Assembly (NCBI GenBank): GCA_963668625.2
Contig: CAXXKA010000008.1
Location: 544,001-608,000 of the forward strand
Length of the DNA: 64,000 nucleotides
Direction of reading: 5' to 3'
Source: an uncultured candidate division Zixibacteria bacterium
GTDB lineage: Bacteria; Zixibacteria; MSB-5A5; UBA10806; 4484-95
Positions 10,179 to 19,143 of the stretch are shown piece by piece. Below the pieces are notes generated by a model. The model was given only the letters and a program-made list of their open reading frames with translations, made no database searches and was not told the DNA's origin. The position numbers and the translations under genes are program-made. Positions within the stretch are counted from its first letter, which is position 1; each line of letters starts with the position of its first letter.

Positions 10179-10997
10179 ATGGGAAATTTTAAATACGTAA
10201 TCTTTACCGATCTGGACGGCACTCTTCTGGATAAAAAGACATTTCATCCTGGATCGGCGCTAAATACTCTTCAACGATGCTATCAATCAGATATACCCGT
10301 TATATTCGTTTCTGCTAAAACTCGAGTAGAGATAGAGTCGATACGCAGCGAATTAGATAATTTCCACCCGTTCGTCTCGGAAAACGGCGGCGGACTATAT
10401 ATCCCCGATAACTTATTCGATCGACCGGCTGGGTTTTCCCACGTTGGACAATATTGGGTAAGATGTGCCTCGGAGACCATAGCCGAATTGCGGCGGGCGT
10501 TGAAAGAGATTGCCGATGACCTGAGTATCGATATCAGGAATTTCAGTGATATGCATCCGGTCGAGATCGCTGCAATCACCGGTCTCGATCATATCAGGGC
10601 GAAACTTGCAGGACAGCGCGAATTCGATGAGCCTTTTCAAATAGTAGATGAGACTCCGGAGAAGATCGAAGCGGTTATAGCGCAAATCGTCAATCGTGGC
10701 TACCGTCACACCGAGGGCGGGATACTTCATCATATAACAGGTAATTTCAACAAAGGCGAGACGCTCGAGAACCTCAAACATCTATACGAAAATGACAATC
10801 CGAGCGTGAAATTTATCGGGTTGGGGGACGCTTTCAATGATATTCCCATGCTGAAAATCGTAGATCACCCGTTTCTCGTGCGCAAAAATGATGGTAGCGT
10901 TGAGCAAGTGGATGGTCTTGACAAGCTTAAGGTTACCTCGGGTATTGGCCCGGATGGTTTTGTTGAAGCGATTGAGCCGTTTTTGGGGAATAGCTGA
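10179..10997 (+). CDS. mpgP: Mannosyl/glucosyl-3-phosphoglycerate phosphatase (HAD IIB)
   Basis: FTDLDGTLL, SAKT, ENGG, REFDEPF, GLGDAFND. Confidence 0.85.
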   Translation: MGNFKYVIFTDLDGTLLDKKTFHPGSALNTLQRCYQSDIPVIFVSAKTRVEIESIRSELDNFHPFVSENGGGLYIPDNLFDRPAGFSHVGQYWVRCASETIAELRRALKEIADDLSIDIRNFSDMHPVEIAAITGLDHIRAKLAGQREFDEPFQIVDETPEKIEAVIAQIVNRGYRHTEGGILHHITGNFNKGETLENLKHLYENDNPSVKFIGLGDAFNDIPMLKIVDHPFLVRKNDGSVEQVDGLDKLKVTSGIGPDGFVEAIEPFLGNS

Positions 10998-11129
10998 TTT
11001 CGATAACTCACGAATAAGCTTCTCGTCACACATTATGTATCATATTTCCCTTTTTTGTTTTGTGATTGATCTTAAAATGTATATACTGACTTATTATATT
11101 GTTAAAAAAGGAGATGGTACGATAAAAGC

Positions 11130-11346
11130 ATCTTGCTAATCTATTCTGTTGGTGTTAGAGCTTCGGTAATGAATTTCTAACTGGAGCGGATAGGTTATAG
11201 GCTGAACTGAATGCTTGAGGCCAGACCTCGTAAAGGAGATTAATCAGACCTGTAACCGAATTGCCACCATAAGGCAAAGACCTTGAATAGGAGTTTGGTA
11301 GGCGCCGACAGAGAGTCTGCTCCAGTGATAACCATAGAATGGAGCA
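11130..11346 (+). ncRNA. Putative IS110 bridge RNA
   Basis: Structured left end (ggttataggctga/tcagacctgtaacc, ttgcc/ggcaa, tgctcca/tggagca stems) containing AAAGGAG (target-like), ATAGGAG and ACCAT (donor-like); boundaries approximate. Confidence 0.55.
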
Positions 11347-11351
11347 AGAAG

Positions 11352-12365
11352 ATGAGGTACTTAGGAGTAGACCTTCACACAAACAGTTTGACCGTGTGTT
11401 ACCTGACAGCCGGTGGTCGGGAGAGGATCAAGGAGTATCGGCTAAAGGATCTAAAGGAATTTAAACGAGGATTAAAAAAGACGGATTGTGTAGCGGTTGA
11501 GGCCACTGGCAACACTCGTTATTTCGTTGATGAGATATCGCATTTGGTCAAGCGAGTTGTTGTCGTCGATCCGAACAAATTTGAGATAATCAAATCATCA
11601 GTCAGTAAGACGGATGAAAACGATGCCAGGAACTTAGCCTATTTTATGAGCAAAGACATGTTGCCGAAAGCCCGATTAAAGACGAAAGATAAAGCGCAGA
11701 TCAGTTCACTTGTTGGGACACGGGACAAGCTGGTCAAGTTACGTACAGCTTTGAAGAATAAAATACACAACATACTCAATCATCATGGTATCAAGAGTAA
11801 AAAGGAGGCCTACTCCAGCAACAAGAGTTTGGAGCGGGTTCTAAAGATGAATTTTGATGAGGTTGTTTCTGTTGAGCTTGAGGTATTGGTTGATCAGATT
11901 CGCAGTTTGAATGAGGGGATAAAAAAGCTGGACAAACAGATAGAGGATCAGGGTCGCAAGTTGAACGGGCATAAGAACCTGACCAGCATCAAAGGAATCG
12001 GCAGCAAATCAGCTACAGTGTTGCTTTCGGTAATTGGTGATGTTGCTGATTTTTCGGACAAAGATAAATTGGCCTCATATTTTGGCGTAGTGCCGCGAGT
12101 TTCCAATTCAAACGAGATTCAGCATCATGGTCGGATTACCAAGCGTGGTTCTAAGATTGGTCGGACTACACTGGTGCAGTGTACGCTTGTTGCCATACGA
12201 TATAACCATTACTTGAGTAAATATTACAATCGTATAAAAAACCGTCGTGGCAGCGGTAAGGCTATCATTGCCACAGCCAGAAAATTACTGGGAATAATCT
12301 ATGACACCTTGAAAAATAATTGGGTGTTTGAAGATTTCCCTAACTTTGTGTTAGCAAACAGATAA
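11352..12365 (+). CDS. IS110 family transposase/recombinase
   Basis: YLGVDLH, VEATG, KTDENDA (DEDD RuvC-like); SIKGIG, ASYFGVVP..SNS, GRITKRG; ATG at 11352 with GGAG RBS preferred over the TTG start in the track. Confidence 0.93.
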   Translation: MRYLGVDLHTNSLTVCYLTAGGRERIKEYRLKDLKEFKRGLKKTDCVAVEATGNTRYFVDEISHLVKRVVVVDPNKFEIIKSSVSKTDENDARNLAYFMSKDMLPKARLKTKDKAQISSLVGTRDKLVKLRTALKNKIHNILNHHGIKSKKEAYSSNKSLERVLKMNFDEVVSVELEVLVDQIRSLNEGIKKLDKQIEDQGRKLNGHKNLTSIKGIGSKSATVLLSVIGDVADFSDKDKLASYFGVVPRVSNSNEIQHHGRITKRGSKIGRTTLVQCTLVAIRYNHYLSKYYNRIKNRRGSGKAIIATARKLLGIIYDTLKNNWVFEDFPNFVLANR

Positions 12366-12404
12366 CTGAAATTTGGAGTAGACTTTTATCATAGGAGTAA
12401 AATA

Positions 12405-13922
12405 ATGTCGGAAAAAGCTAAAAACGCGCTCGATGAATTAACCCGGGAAATTAAACAGATCAGCCTACTCGGTTCATGCTCGGCTTTGCTGGGATGGGAT
12501 GAACGTGCTTATATGCCGAGAAACGGCGCAGGTCATCGTGCGGAGCAGCACTCCCTGATAGCTGGGATGGCACATGAAAAATTCACCTCCTCGAAGATCG
12601 GCGATTTGTTGGGTGAAGTGGAAAACAGTGATTTAATCAGCGATCCGTTGTCAATCGCCGCGGTTAATGTTCGTGAAATCAGGCGAGCCTACGATAAAAA
12701 AGTGAAATTACCGAGAGATTTGGTCGAGCAGATCAGTAAAACCACTACGCTTTCGGAACATGCATGGGTGAATGCTCGCAAAAATTCCGATTTCACCGGT
12801 TTCGCGCCCTGGCTTTCCAAAATGATGGACCTTCGCATGCAAGAGGCCGAGGCGGTTGGATATAGTAATGAGCCATACGACGCTCTTCTGGATGATTACG
12901 AGCCGGGCGAGACCGCCGAAAATATCGCGAGCGTATTCGAAAACCTCAGAAAGGATTTGGTACCGTTGGTGGACGCCATAGCCAATGCCCCTAAAAAACC
13001 GGATGTCACCATACTCGAACGTGATTATCCGGTTGATTTGCAGAAGGTATTCGGGAAATCCGCCTCAGCCGCGATCGGTTTCGATTTTAACGGTGGCCGC
13101 CTCGATGTTACCACTCATCCGTTTTGCACCACTATCGGCGTGGGCGATATCAGGATATTGACTCGCTATAATCCCAACCACCTGGGGCAGGCTTTCTTCG
13201 GTACGCTTCACGAAAGCGGCCATGGCCTGTACGAGCAAGGCATGAATCCCGATCATTTCGGTACACCTATGGGAGAGACCATTTCGCTGGGTATACATGA
13301 ATCACAGTCGCGGTTGTGGGAAAATATCGTCGGCCGCTCCCGATCGTTCTGGCAGTATTTCTTCCCCCGTGCTCGCCAGGTCTTCTGGGATTCCTTAAAC
13401 GATGTCAGCCTGGATGATTTCTATTTCGCGGTTAACGATGTTCGTCCGTCTCTGGTGAGGGTCGAGGCCGATGAGGCTACCTACAACCTTCATATACTAA
13501 TCCGGTTCGAAATCGAGCACGCGATATTCAAGAAAGAGCTGAAAATCGAGGATATCCCCGGTATCTGGAACGAGAAATTCAAGAAGTACCTGGGTATCAC
13601 TCCCCCTGATGACGCCAACGGTTGTTTGCAGGATGTCCACTGGGCGGCTGGTTTGATCGGCTATTTCCCTACGTATACGCTGGGAAACCTCTATTCGGCC
13701 CAATTCTTCGCCAAAGCCCAAAAAGACCTTGGCAATCTTGACGAGCAGTTCGCAATGGGCAAATTCGATAGCTTGCTGGGCTGGCTGAGAGAGAATATAC
13801 ACAGCCACGGGCAGAGATACCGGGCGGAGGAGCTGGTTAAAAAAGTCACCGGCGAGCCTCTTTCTCATAGGTACCTGATCGATTATCTTAGGGAAAAATA
13901 TTCCCCTCTTTACGGTATCTAG
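12405..13922 (+). CDS. Carboxypeptidase Taq (peptidase M32)
   Basis: HPF, HESGH, HESQS, RVEADE, GCLQDVHW, GYFPTY. Confidence 0.93.
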   Translation: MSEKAKNALDELTREIKQISLLGSCSALLGWDERAYMPRNGAGHRAEQHSLIAGMAHEKFTSSKIGDLLGEVENSDLISDPLSIAAVNVREIRRAYDKKVKLPRDLVEQISKTTTLSEHAWVNARKNSDFTGFAPWLSKMMDLRMQEAEAVGYSNEPYDALLDDYEPGETAENIASVFENLRKDLVPLVDAIANAPKKPDVTILERDYPVDLQKVFGKSASAAIGFDFNGGRLDVTTHPFCTTIGVGDIRILTRYNPNHLGQAFFGTLHESGHGLYEQGMNPDHFGTPMGETISLGIHESQSRLWENIVGRSRSFWQYFFPRARQVFWDSLNDVSLDDFYFAVNDVRPSLVRVEADEATYNLHILIRFEIEHAIFKKELKIEDIPGIWNEKFKKYLGITPPDDANGCLQDVHWAAGLIGYFPTYTLGNLYSAQFFAKAQKDLGNLDEQFAMGKFDSLLGWLRENIHSHGQRYRAEELVKKVTGEPLSHRYLIDYLREKYSPLYGI

Positions 13923-13946
13923 AGGGTACGATACGGTCATAATTCT

Positions 13947-13977
13947 CGGTCGGGCGTCTGCCCGACCGTTTTTTATT
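13947..13977 (+). terminator. Intrinsic terminator
   Basis: CGGTCGGGC-gtct-GCCCGACCG followed by TTTTTT. Confidence 0.85.
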
Positions 13978-14190
13978 GGGAAAAACCGGCCTGAAGGGGG
14001 AAATAAAATCAAAAAAAGTGATGTTTTTTTTATTTTACATGTAATTTTTGTTTGATATTTATAAAATTTATCTCCTATAATTTTCATAAGAGCCGAAAGA
14101 CATATCAGTTATCTCAGCCTGGCGGCTTTAGACCCATGAAAATTGAAGACGTTTTGAATAACTAAACAACATCTAACAAGCGAGGAAAAC

Positions 14191-14724
14191 ATGCCGGCAA
14201 AAAAGAAAGCGGCAAAGAAGAAAGTCGCGAAGAAGAAAACGGCAAAGAAAAAAGTAGCTAAAAAGAAAGTTGCTAAGAAGAAAGTAACCAAGAAAAAAGT
14301 AACTAAGAAGAAAGCTACCAAGAAAAAAGTCGCGAAGAAAAAAGTAGCCAAAAAGAAAGTAACCAAGAAAAAAGCCACTAAGAAAAAAGTAGCCAAAAAG
14401 AAAGTTGCTAAGAAAAAAGTAGCCAAGAAGAAAACAACCAAGAAGAAAGCTACCAAGAAAAAAGCCAAACGTAAACCGAATCCGGCTTTCATGGCTCCCT
14501 GGAATATTTCCGAGACACTGGCCGCGGTCGTTGGAAGCAAGCCGCTTCCGAGAACCGAGATCACCAAGAAGCTATGGGGTTATATCAAGAAGAACAAACT
14601 TCAGGATAAAGTACAGAAGACCATGATCAATGCTGATGATGTTCTGAAAAAAGTATTCGGCGGCAAAGCCAAGGTCAGCATGTTCGAAATGACCAAGCTG
14701 ATTTCCAAGCATCTTTCGAAATAA
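14191..14724 (+). CDS. Histone H1-like Lys-rich protein fused to SWIB/MDM2 domain
   Basis: 18 x KKK(V/A/T)(A/T/K) pentapeptides followed by [28 protein letters not shown]...[13 protein letters not shown]. Confidence 0.88.
   Translation: MPAKKKAAKKKVAKKKTAKKKVAKKKVAKKKVTKKKVTKKKATKKKVAKKKVAKKKVTKKKATKKKVAKKKVAKKKVAKKKTTKKKATKKKAKRKPNPAFMAPWNISETLAAVVGSKPLPRTEITKKLWGYIKKNKLQDKVQKTMINADDVLKKVFGGKAKVSMFEMTKLISKHLSK
14200..14469 (+). repeat. 15-bp degenerate coding tandem repeat (18 units)
   Basis: aaraaraaagtngcn-type units encoding KKKxx. Confidence 0.85.
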
Positions 14725-14747
14725 ATCATCTGGTTATGAGCAGATTA

Positions 14748-14779
14748 GGCCGGGTTGAATCGATCCGGCCTTTTTTATT
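14748..14779 (+). terminator. Intrinsic terminator
   Basis: GGCCGGGTTG-aat-CGATCCGGCC followed by TTTTTT. Confidence 0.8.
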
Positions 14780-14942
14780 ATCAAATATGTTAGTCTAATT
14801 TAACAATCCGTAACTCGAATATTAAAATATGATGAAATCACGAGTAAAAAGTATTGGAATATACGTAATCTGTCGAACTATATTCGTAATGATTTCGTTA
14901 AAGCAAATGAATTAAATCGAACATAAAACTCAGGAGGGATAA

Positions 14943-16538
14943 ATGAACGGTACTGCTGAATTCGAATGCGGCCTGGACGAGTATGGGTTATCCAATATAG
15001 GACGACTGTTTTGCAATTACAATACGCCGCTTTTGTATGAGGAAATAATCAAACGCCGCGAGGGACAGATTGCCCATTTGGGGCCGATCGTCGTTCGCAC
15101 GGGCCAACACACCGGCCGAGCCGCTAAAGATAAATTCATCGTCGAGGAAAGCTCCAGCAAAGATAAAGTATGGTGGGGAAAGGTTAATATACCTTTCAAA
15201 CAGGAGAATTTCGATAGGCTTTACGCTCGCTTGATGGCATACCTTCAGGGAAAAGACTTGTTCGTGCAGGACTGCTATGCCGGCGCGGATGAGAAATACC
15301 GCATTCCGATAAGGGTGATAACCGAGACAGCCTGGCATAGCCTTTTCGCCAGGAATATGTTCATTCGCGCTCCACGAGGCAAAATCGAGGATCACAAACC
15401 GGAGTTCACCGTTATCCAGGCGCCAAATTTCATGGCTTTACCCTCCATGGATGGTACCCACTCGGAAACTTTCGTGATTCTCAATATCGAAAAACGCATT
15501 GTCATAATCGGTGGTACGAGCTATGCCGGTGAGATCAAGAAATCGGTGTTCACTTTCATGAACTACCTTCTGCCGCTGGAAAAGACTATGACCATGCACT
15601 GCTCCGCCAATATCGGCAAGGGCGGGGATGTCGCTTTGTTCTTTGGTTTATCCGGTACCGGAAAGACTACCCTGTCGGCTGACCCCGAGAGAAGCCTTAT
15701 CGGTGATGACGAGCATGGCTGGAGCGATAGCGGCGTGTTCAATTTCGAGGGCGGATGTTATGCCAAGGTTATCAAGCTTTCCGAGGAGGCCGAACCCGAA
15801 ATCTACCGGACTACCCGCAAGTTCGGCACCATACTTGAAAACGTGGCGATTAACTCCTGGAGCCGTCGCCTCGATTTGGACGATGACAACCTTACCGAAA
15901 ACACCCGGGCGGCTTATCCGCTTACCCATATACCCGACGTTTTTACCGGCACGAATGCCGGCCATCCCAAAAACATCATCATGCTCACCGCCGATGCTTT
16001 CGGGATCATGCCGCCTATCGCCAAACTCACGCCGGTGCAGGCGATGTACCATTTCATGTCCGGTTACACCGCCAAGCTGGCGGGTACCGAAAAAGGTGTC
16101 ACCGAACCGAAAGCTACATTCTCGGCCTGTTTCGGCGCGCCATTCATGGTACATCACCCATACACTTATGCTAAACTCCTGGATGAGAAAATCAGAGCTC
16201 ATAAAGCTAACTGCTGGTTGGTGAATACCGGCTGGACAGGCGGCCCTTATGGACAGGGCAACAGATTTAAAATCGCCTATACTCGGGCGATGGTGAAAGC
16301 CGCTCTTTCGGGCGCACTGGATAGTGTCGAAATGGAAACCGATCCGGTTTTCGGCTTATCGATTCCGAAATCGTGCCCCGATGTGCCCTCTGAGGTGTTG
16401 AAGCAGAAAAATACCTGGGCCGATAAAGCGGCTTATGATGCCAAAGCGAAAGAGCTGGCAGGGATGTTTATCGAAAATTTCAAGCAGTTCGAGGATGAAG
16501 CCCCCGAGGAGGTAAAGAAAGCCGGGCCGAAAATATAA
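14943..16538 (+). CDS. pckA: Phosphoenolpyruvate carboxykinase (ATP)
   Basis: YAGEIKK, MHCSAN, GLSGTGKTTLS, IGDDEHGW, FEGGCYAK, TENTRAAY. Confidence 0.96.
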   Translation: MNGTAEFECGLDEYGLSNIGRLFCNYNTPLLYEEIIKRREGQIAHLGPIVVRTGQHTGRAAKDKFIVEESSSKDKVWWGKVNIPFKQENFDRLYARLMAYLQGKDLFVQDCYAGADEKYRIPIRVITETAWHSLFARNMFIRAPRGKIEDHKPEFTVIQAPNFMALPSMDGTHSETFVILNIEKRIVIIGGTSYAGEIKKSVFTFMNYLLPLEKTMTMHCSANIGKGGDVALFFGLSGTGKTTLSADPERSLIGDDEHGWSDSGVFNFEGGCYAKVIKLSEEAEPEIYRTTRKFGTILENVAINSWSRRLDLDDDNLTENTRAAYPLTHIPDVFTGTNAGHPKNIIMLTADAFGIMPPIAKLTPVQAMYHFMSGYTAKLAGTEKGVTEPKATFSACFGAPFMVHHPYTYAKLLDEKIRAHKANCWLVNTGWTGGPYGQGNRFKIAYTRAMVKAALSGALDSVEMETDPVFGLSIPKSCPDVPSEVLKQKNTWADKAAYDAKAKELAGMFIENFKQFEDEAPEEVKKAGPKI

Positions 16539-16690
16539 CGAATCGAACGAAAATATCCATGTCGGCTGTCAGCCGGCTTGGAAATATTATAGACAGTTTT
16601 AATCGCAGCCAGATGAATAGTCACAAACCGGTTGTTAGTTCAGCCGGTTTGTGATAATATCTCCCCGGGAATTGAACTATAAATCACGAG

Positions 16691-18214
16691 GTGAACAGAA
16701 TGTCCGATGAATTCAATATCGAGGGATTGGACGAAAACGAAACCATAGCCAGACATATGAAATCATCAAAATATAAGAATTACTCTCCGGATGATAATTT
16801 CATTAATGATAACCGAATCAAGCTGGATTTTACCTATATACTCAGCCCCCTGGCCGGCAGGTCTTTTATCACCAGGGAGGAGCTGGACGGCCTCTCGGAT
16901 ACGATCATATCTCATTATGATGATCTGAAAAACTCCAGGGGTAATTGCCTGGATGGCAAAAACGCCATGCTCGGTTGGATGTCTATTCCCGATGAAATTA
17001 CGATTGATCAGTTGGAGCGGATTCAAAGCGCCACCGATGAGCTGTCGGGGAAAATTGATGCCTACGTATCGCTGGGAATCGGAGGTTCTTATCTCGGTAT
17101 AGAGGCGACTATGAAGGCGTTGACCCATACTTATTTCAATCAACTGCCTCGCGAACATAGAGGCGGCGCGCCCGAGATATATTTCCTGGGGCAGAATGTC
17201 GATCCGGACTACATTCGCAACACACTGGATATGCTGAAAGGCAAACGTGTCGGCATAAACGTAATCTCGAAATCCGGTACTACCGCCGAAACCGCCATAG
17301 CGTTTCGCATCCTGAGAAATATTCTGGAGCAAAGCGCGGGCGATAAATCCTCAGAATTTATTTTCGCCACCACCGATAAAGTCAAAGGCGCTTTGAGGAA
17401 ACTGTCCGATTCCAAAGGGTACAAAACGTTTATAGTGCCCGATAATATCGGCGGACGTTTTTCCGTGCTCTCGGATGTCGGCCTGGTGGGACTGGCAATG
17501 GCCGGGATCGATATATTCGAGTTCACGGCCGGTTTCCGTGAGATGAAGCGATATCTCGATACGGCTGATTTCTGGCATAATCCAGCCATGCTTCATGCCG
17601 CCATCCGCCATTTGGCACATACTAAAGGCAAGAAAATCGAGGTGGTGGCCACTAATTCCAGCGCGATATACCAGCTCACCCGGTGGATGGAACAGTTATT
17701 CCCGGAAAGCGAGGGGCATAATGGCTACGGCCTGTGGGTCTCGCCCTCGATGTATTCCGAGAAACTTCATGCAAACGGACAGATGGTGCAGCAGGGCGAG
17801 CGCAATCTGATAGAGACATTTATCAAACTGGCGCAAAGCGATAACACGGTCGCCGTGCCGAAGGACAACGACAATCTCGACGGCTTAAACTACCTGTCGG
17901 AGAACAAGCGTGATATGAATTATATCAATCAAAAAGTCATAGATGGCCCGGCTTATGCCCATTTCACCGGCGGCGTACCGAATATGACATTCGAGATGCC
18001 GAGACTGAACGCTTTCAATATCGGGCAGTTCTACTACCTGATGGAACTATCGGTTGCCTTAAGCGGATATCTTGCCGGGCATAATCCATTCGTACAACCG
18101 GGAGTCGAGGACTATAAAAAAGCTATGTTTGCCATGCTGGGTAAACCCGGCACCGAAAAACAGATGTCCGAGATTCAGGCAGAAATAGATAAATTCGAAC
18201 GTTATATAGTATAA
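16691..18214 (+). CDS. pgi: Glucose-6-phosphate isomerase
   Basis: GIGGSYLG, ISKSGTT, IGGRFSV, PESEG, QPGVEDYK; start may be ATG at 16700. Confidence 0.9.
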   Translation: MNRMSDEFNIEGLDENETIARHMKSSKYKNYSPDDNFINDNRIKLDFTYILSPLAGRSFITREELDGLSDTIISHYDDLKNSRGNCLDGKNAMLGWMSIPDEITIDQLERIQSATDELSGKIDAYVSLGIGGSYLGIEATMKALTHTYFNQLPREHRGGAPEIYFLGQNVDPDYIRNTLDMLKGKRVGINVISKSGTTAETAIAFRILRNILEQSAGDKSSEFIFATTDKVKGALRKLSDSKGYKTFIVPDNIGGRFSVLSDVGLVGLAMAGIDIFEFTAGFREMKRYLDTADFWHNPAMLHAAIRHLAHTKGKKIEVVATNSSAIYQLTRWMEQLFPESEGHNGYGLWVSPSMYSEKLHANGQMVQQGERNLIETFIKLAQSDNTVAVPKDNDNLDGLNYLSENKRDMNYINQKVIDGPAYAHFTGGVPNMTFEMPRLNAFNIGQFYYLMELSVALSGYLAGHNPFVQPGVEDYKKAMFAMLGKPGTEKQMSEIQAEIDKFERYIV

Positions 18215-18241
18215 AAATCAAACAGCAGGAGGCGACCCGAT

Positions 18242-19042
18242 ATGGGGATTCCGCGCGGGACGGGTCAAAATAACAATATCAAAAATTTAATCATATTCCT
18301 TTCCGGCCCCATTCTATGGATTTCGCTTTTTACTATAGCTAAAATATCGATTCCATTGCTTTATATGGTAATTTATCAAACTGTTTTATCGGTCTGGTTT
18401 TTCCTGAAACGTCCCGAGTTGTTTATCCCCAGCCTGTTTTTTGTCATTTTACTGGGTTCGACCTATTTACCTATCTCTGAGAATCTCTGGGTTGCCAGGA
18501 TACTCATAGCGGTTGGTGTATTAGTATTGATTTCATGGTTAATACCCTCGGTGCGGAAAATAATGCCGGCCTTTAAGCTGGGCAAAATAGATCGTGCCGG
18601 GTTTATGTATGCTATACTAACCGTTATTGTCAGCACGGCTGCTTTATTTGCCTGGAAAACGCTGGCCAAACCTGATATAGCGGGATTCATCACTACGGCT
18701 ATGGATATAGACTCGCGATTAATACTCCCGGCAATAATAGTATTCCCTATTTTTAATGCTATTGCCGAGGAGTTGATGTTTCGATGGCTATTCTGGGAGG
18801 CATTAGAGCAACTAATCGATAAATCGGCGGTGATAATCCTTATCCAGGCGATTATTTTCGGTCTCGCTCATTACGCCGGTTTTCCCAGTGGTTGGCTGGG
18901 GGCGGGTATGGCTTTCTGTTACGGTCTGATGCTGGGATTCATACGATTTAAAAACAAAGGCTTGCTGATGCCAACGATTACCCATATTTTCGCCGATTTG
19001 GTTATTATAATAATCGTATTCAGCAGTGCAGGTATATTATAA
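18242..19042 (+). CDS. CPBP (CAAX/Abi) intramembrane metalloprotease
   Basis: AEELMFR, FGLAH, THIFAD; multiple TM helices. Confidence 0.85.
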   Translation: MGIPRGTGQNNNIKNLIIFLSGPILWISLFTIAKISIPLLYMVIYQTVLSVWFFLKRPELFIPSLFFVILLGSTYLPISENLWVARILIAVGVLVLISWLIPSVRKIMPAFKLGKIDRAGFMYAILTVIVSTAALFAWKTLAKPDIAGFITTAMDIDSRLILPAIIVFPIFNAIAEELMFRWLFWEALEQLIDKSAVIILIQAIIFGLAHYAGFPSGWLGAGMAFCYGLMLGFIRFKNKGLLMPTITHIFADLVIIIIVFSSAGIL

Positions 19043-19143
19043 AGGAGATGGCATATCCTGACGATAAATTAATAATGATATAGCAAATGAACCAATTGAT
19101 AGTACTTTAAGTTTTAGTATTACTAACCAAGCAACCGGAGAAT

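Larger units (their letters stand above)
11109..12397 (+). mobile_element. IS110-family insertion sequence
   Basis: AGGAG at both ends (11109-11113, 12393-12397), no terminal IRs, ~240-bp left non-coding end, IS110 recombinase. Confidence 0.85.

Noticed and set aside
11283-11351. N-terminal extension of the IS110 transposase in the ORF track
   Set aside because: The DEDD domain begins at MRYLGVD (11352), which has its own RBS; the upstream region is the structured non-coding end
14109-14567. Phe-rich membrane-like ORF
   Set aside because: Antisense shadow of the Lys-codon repeats
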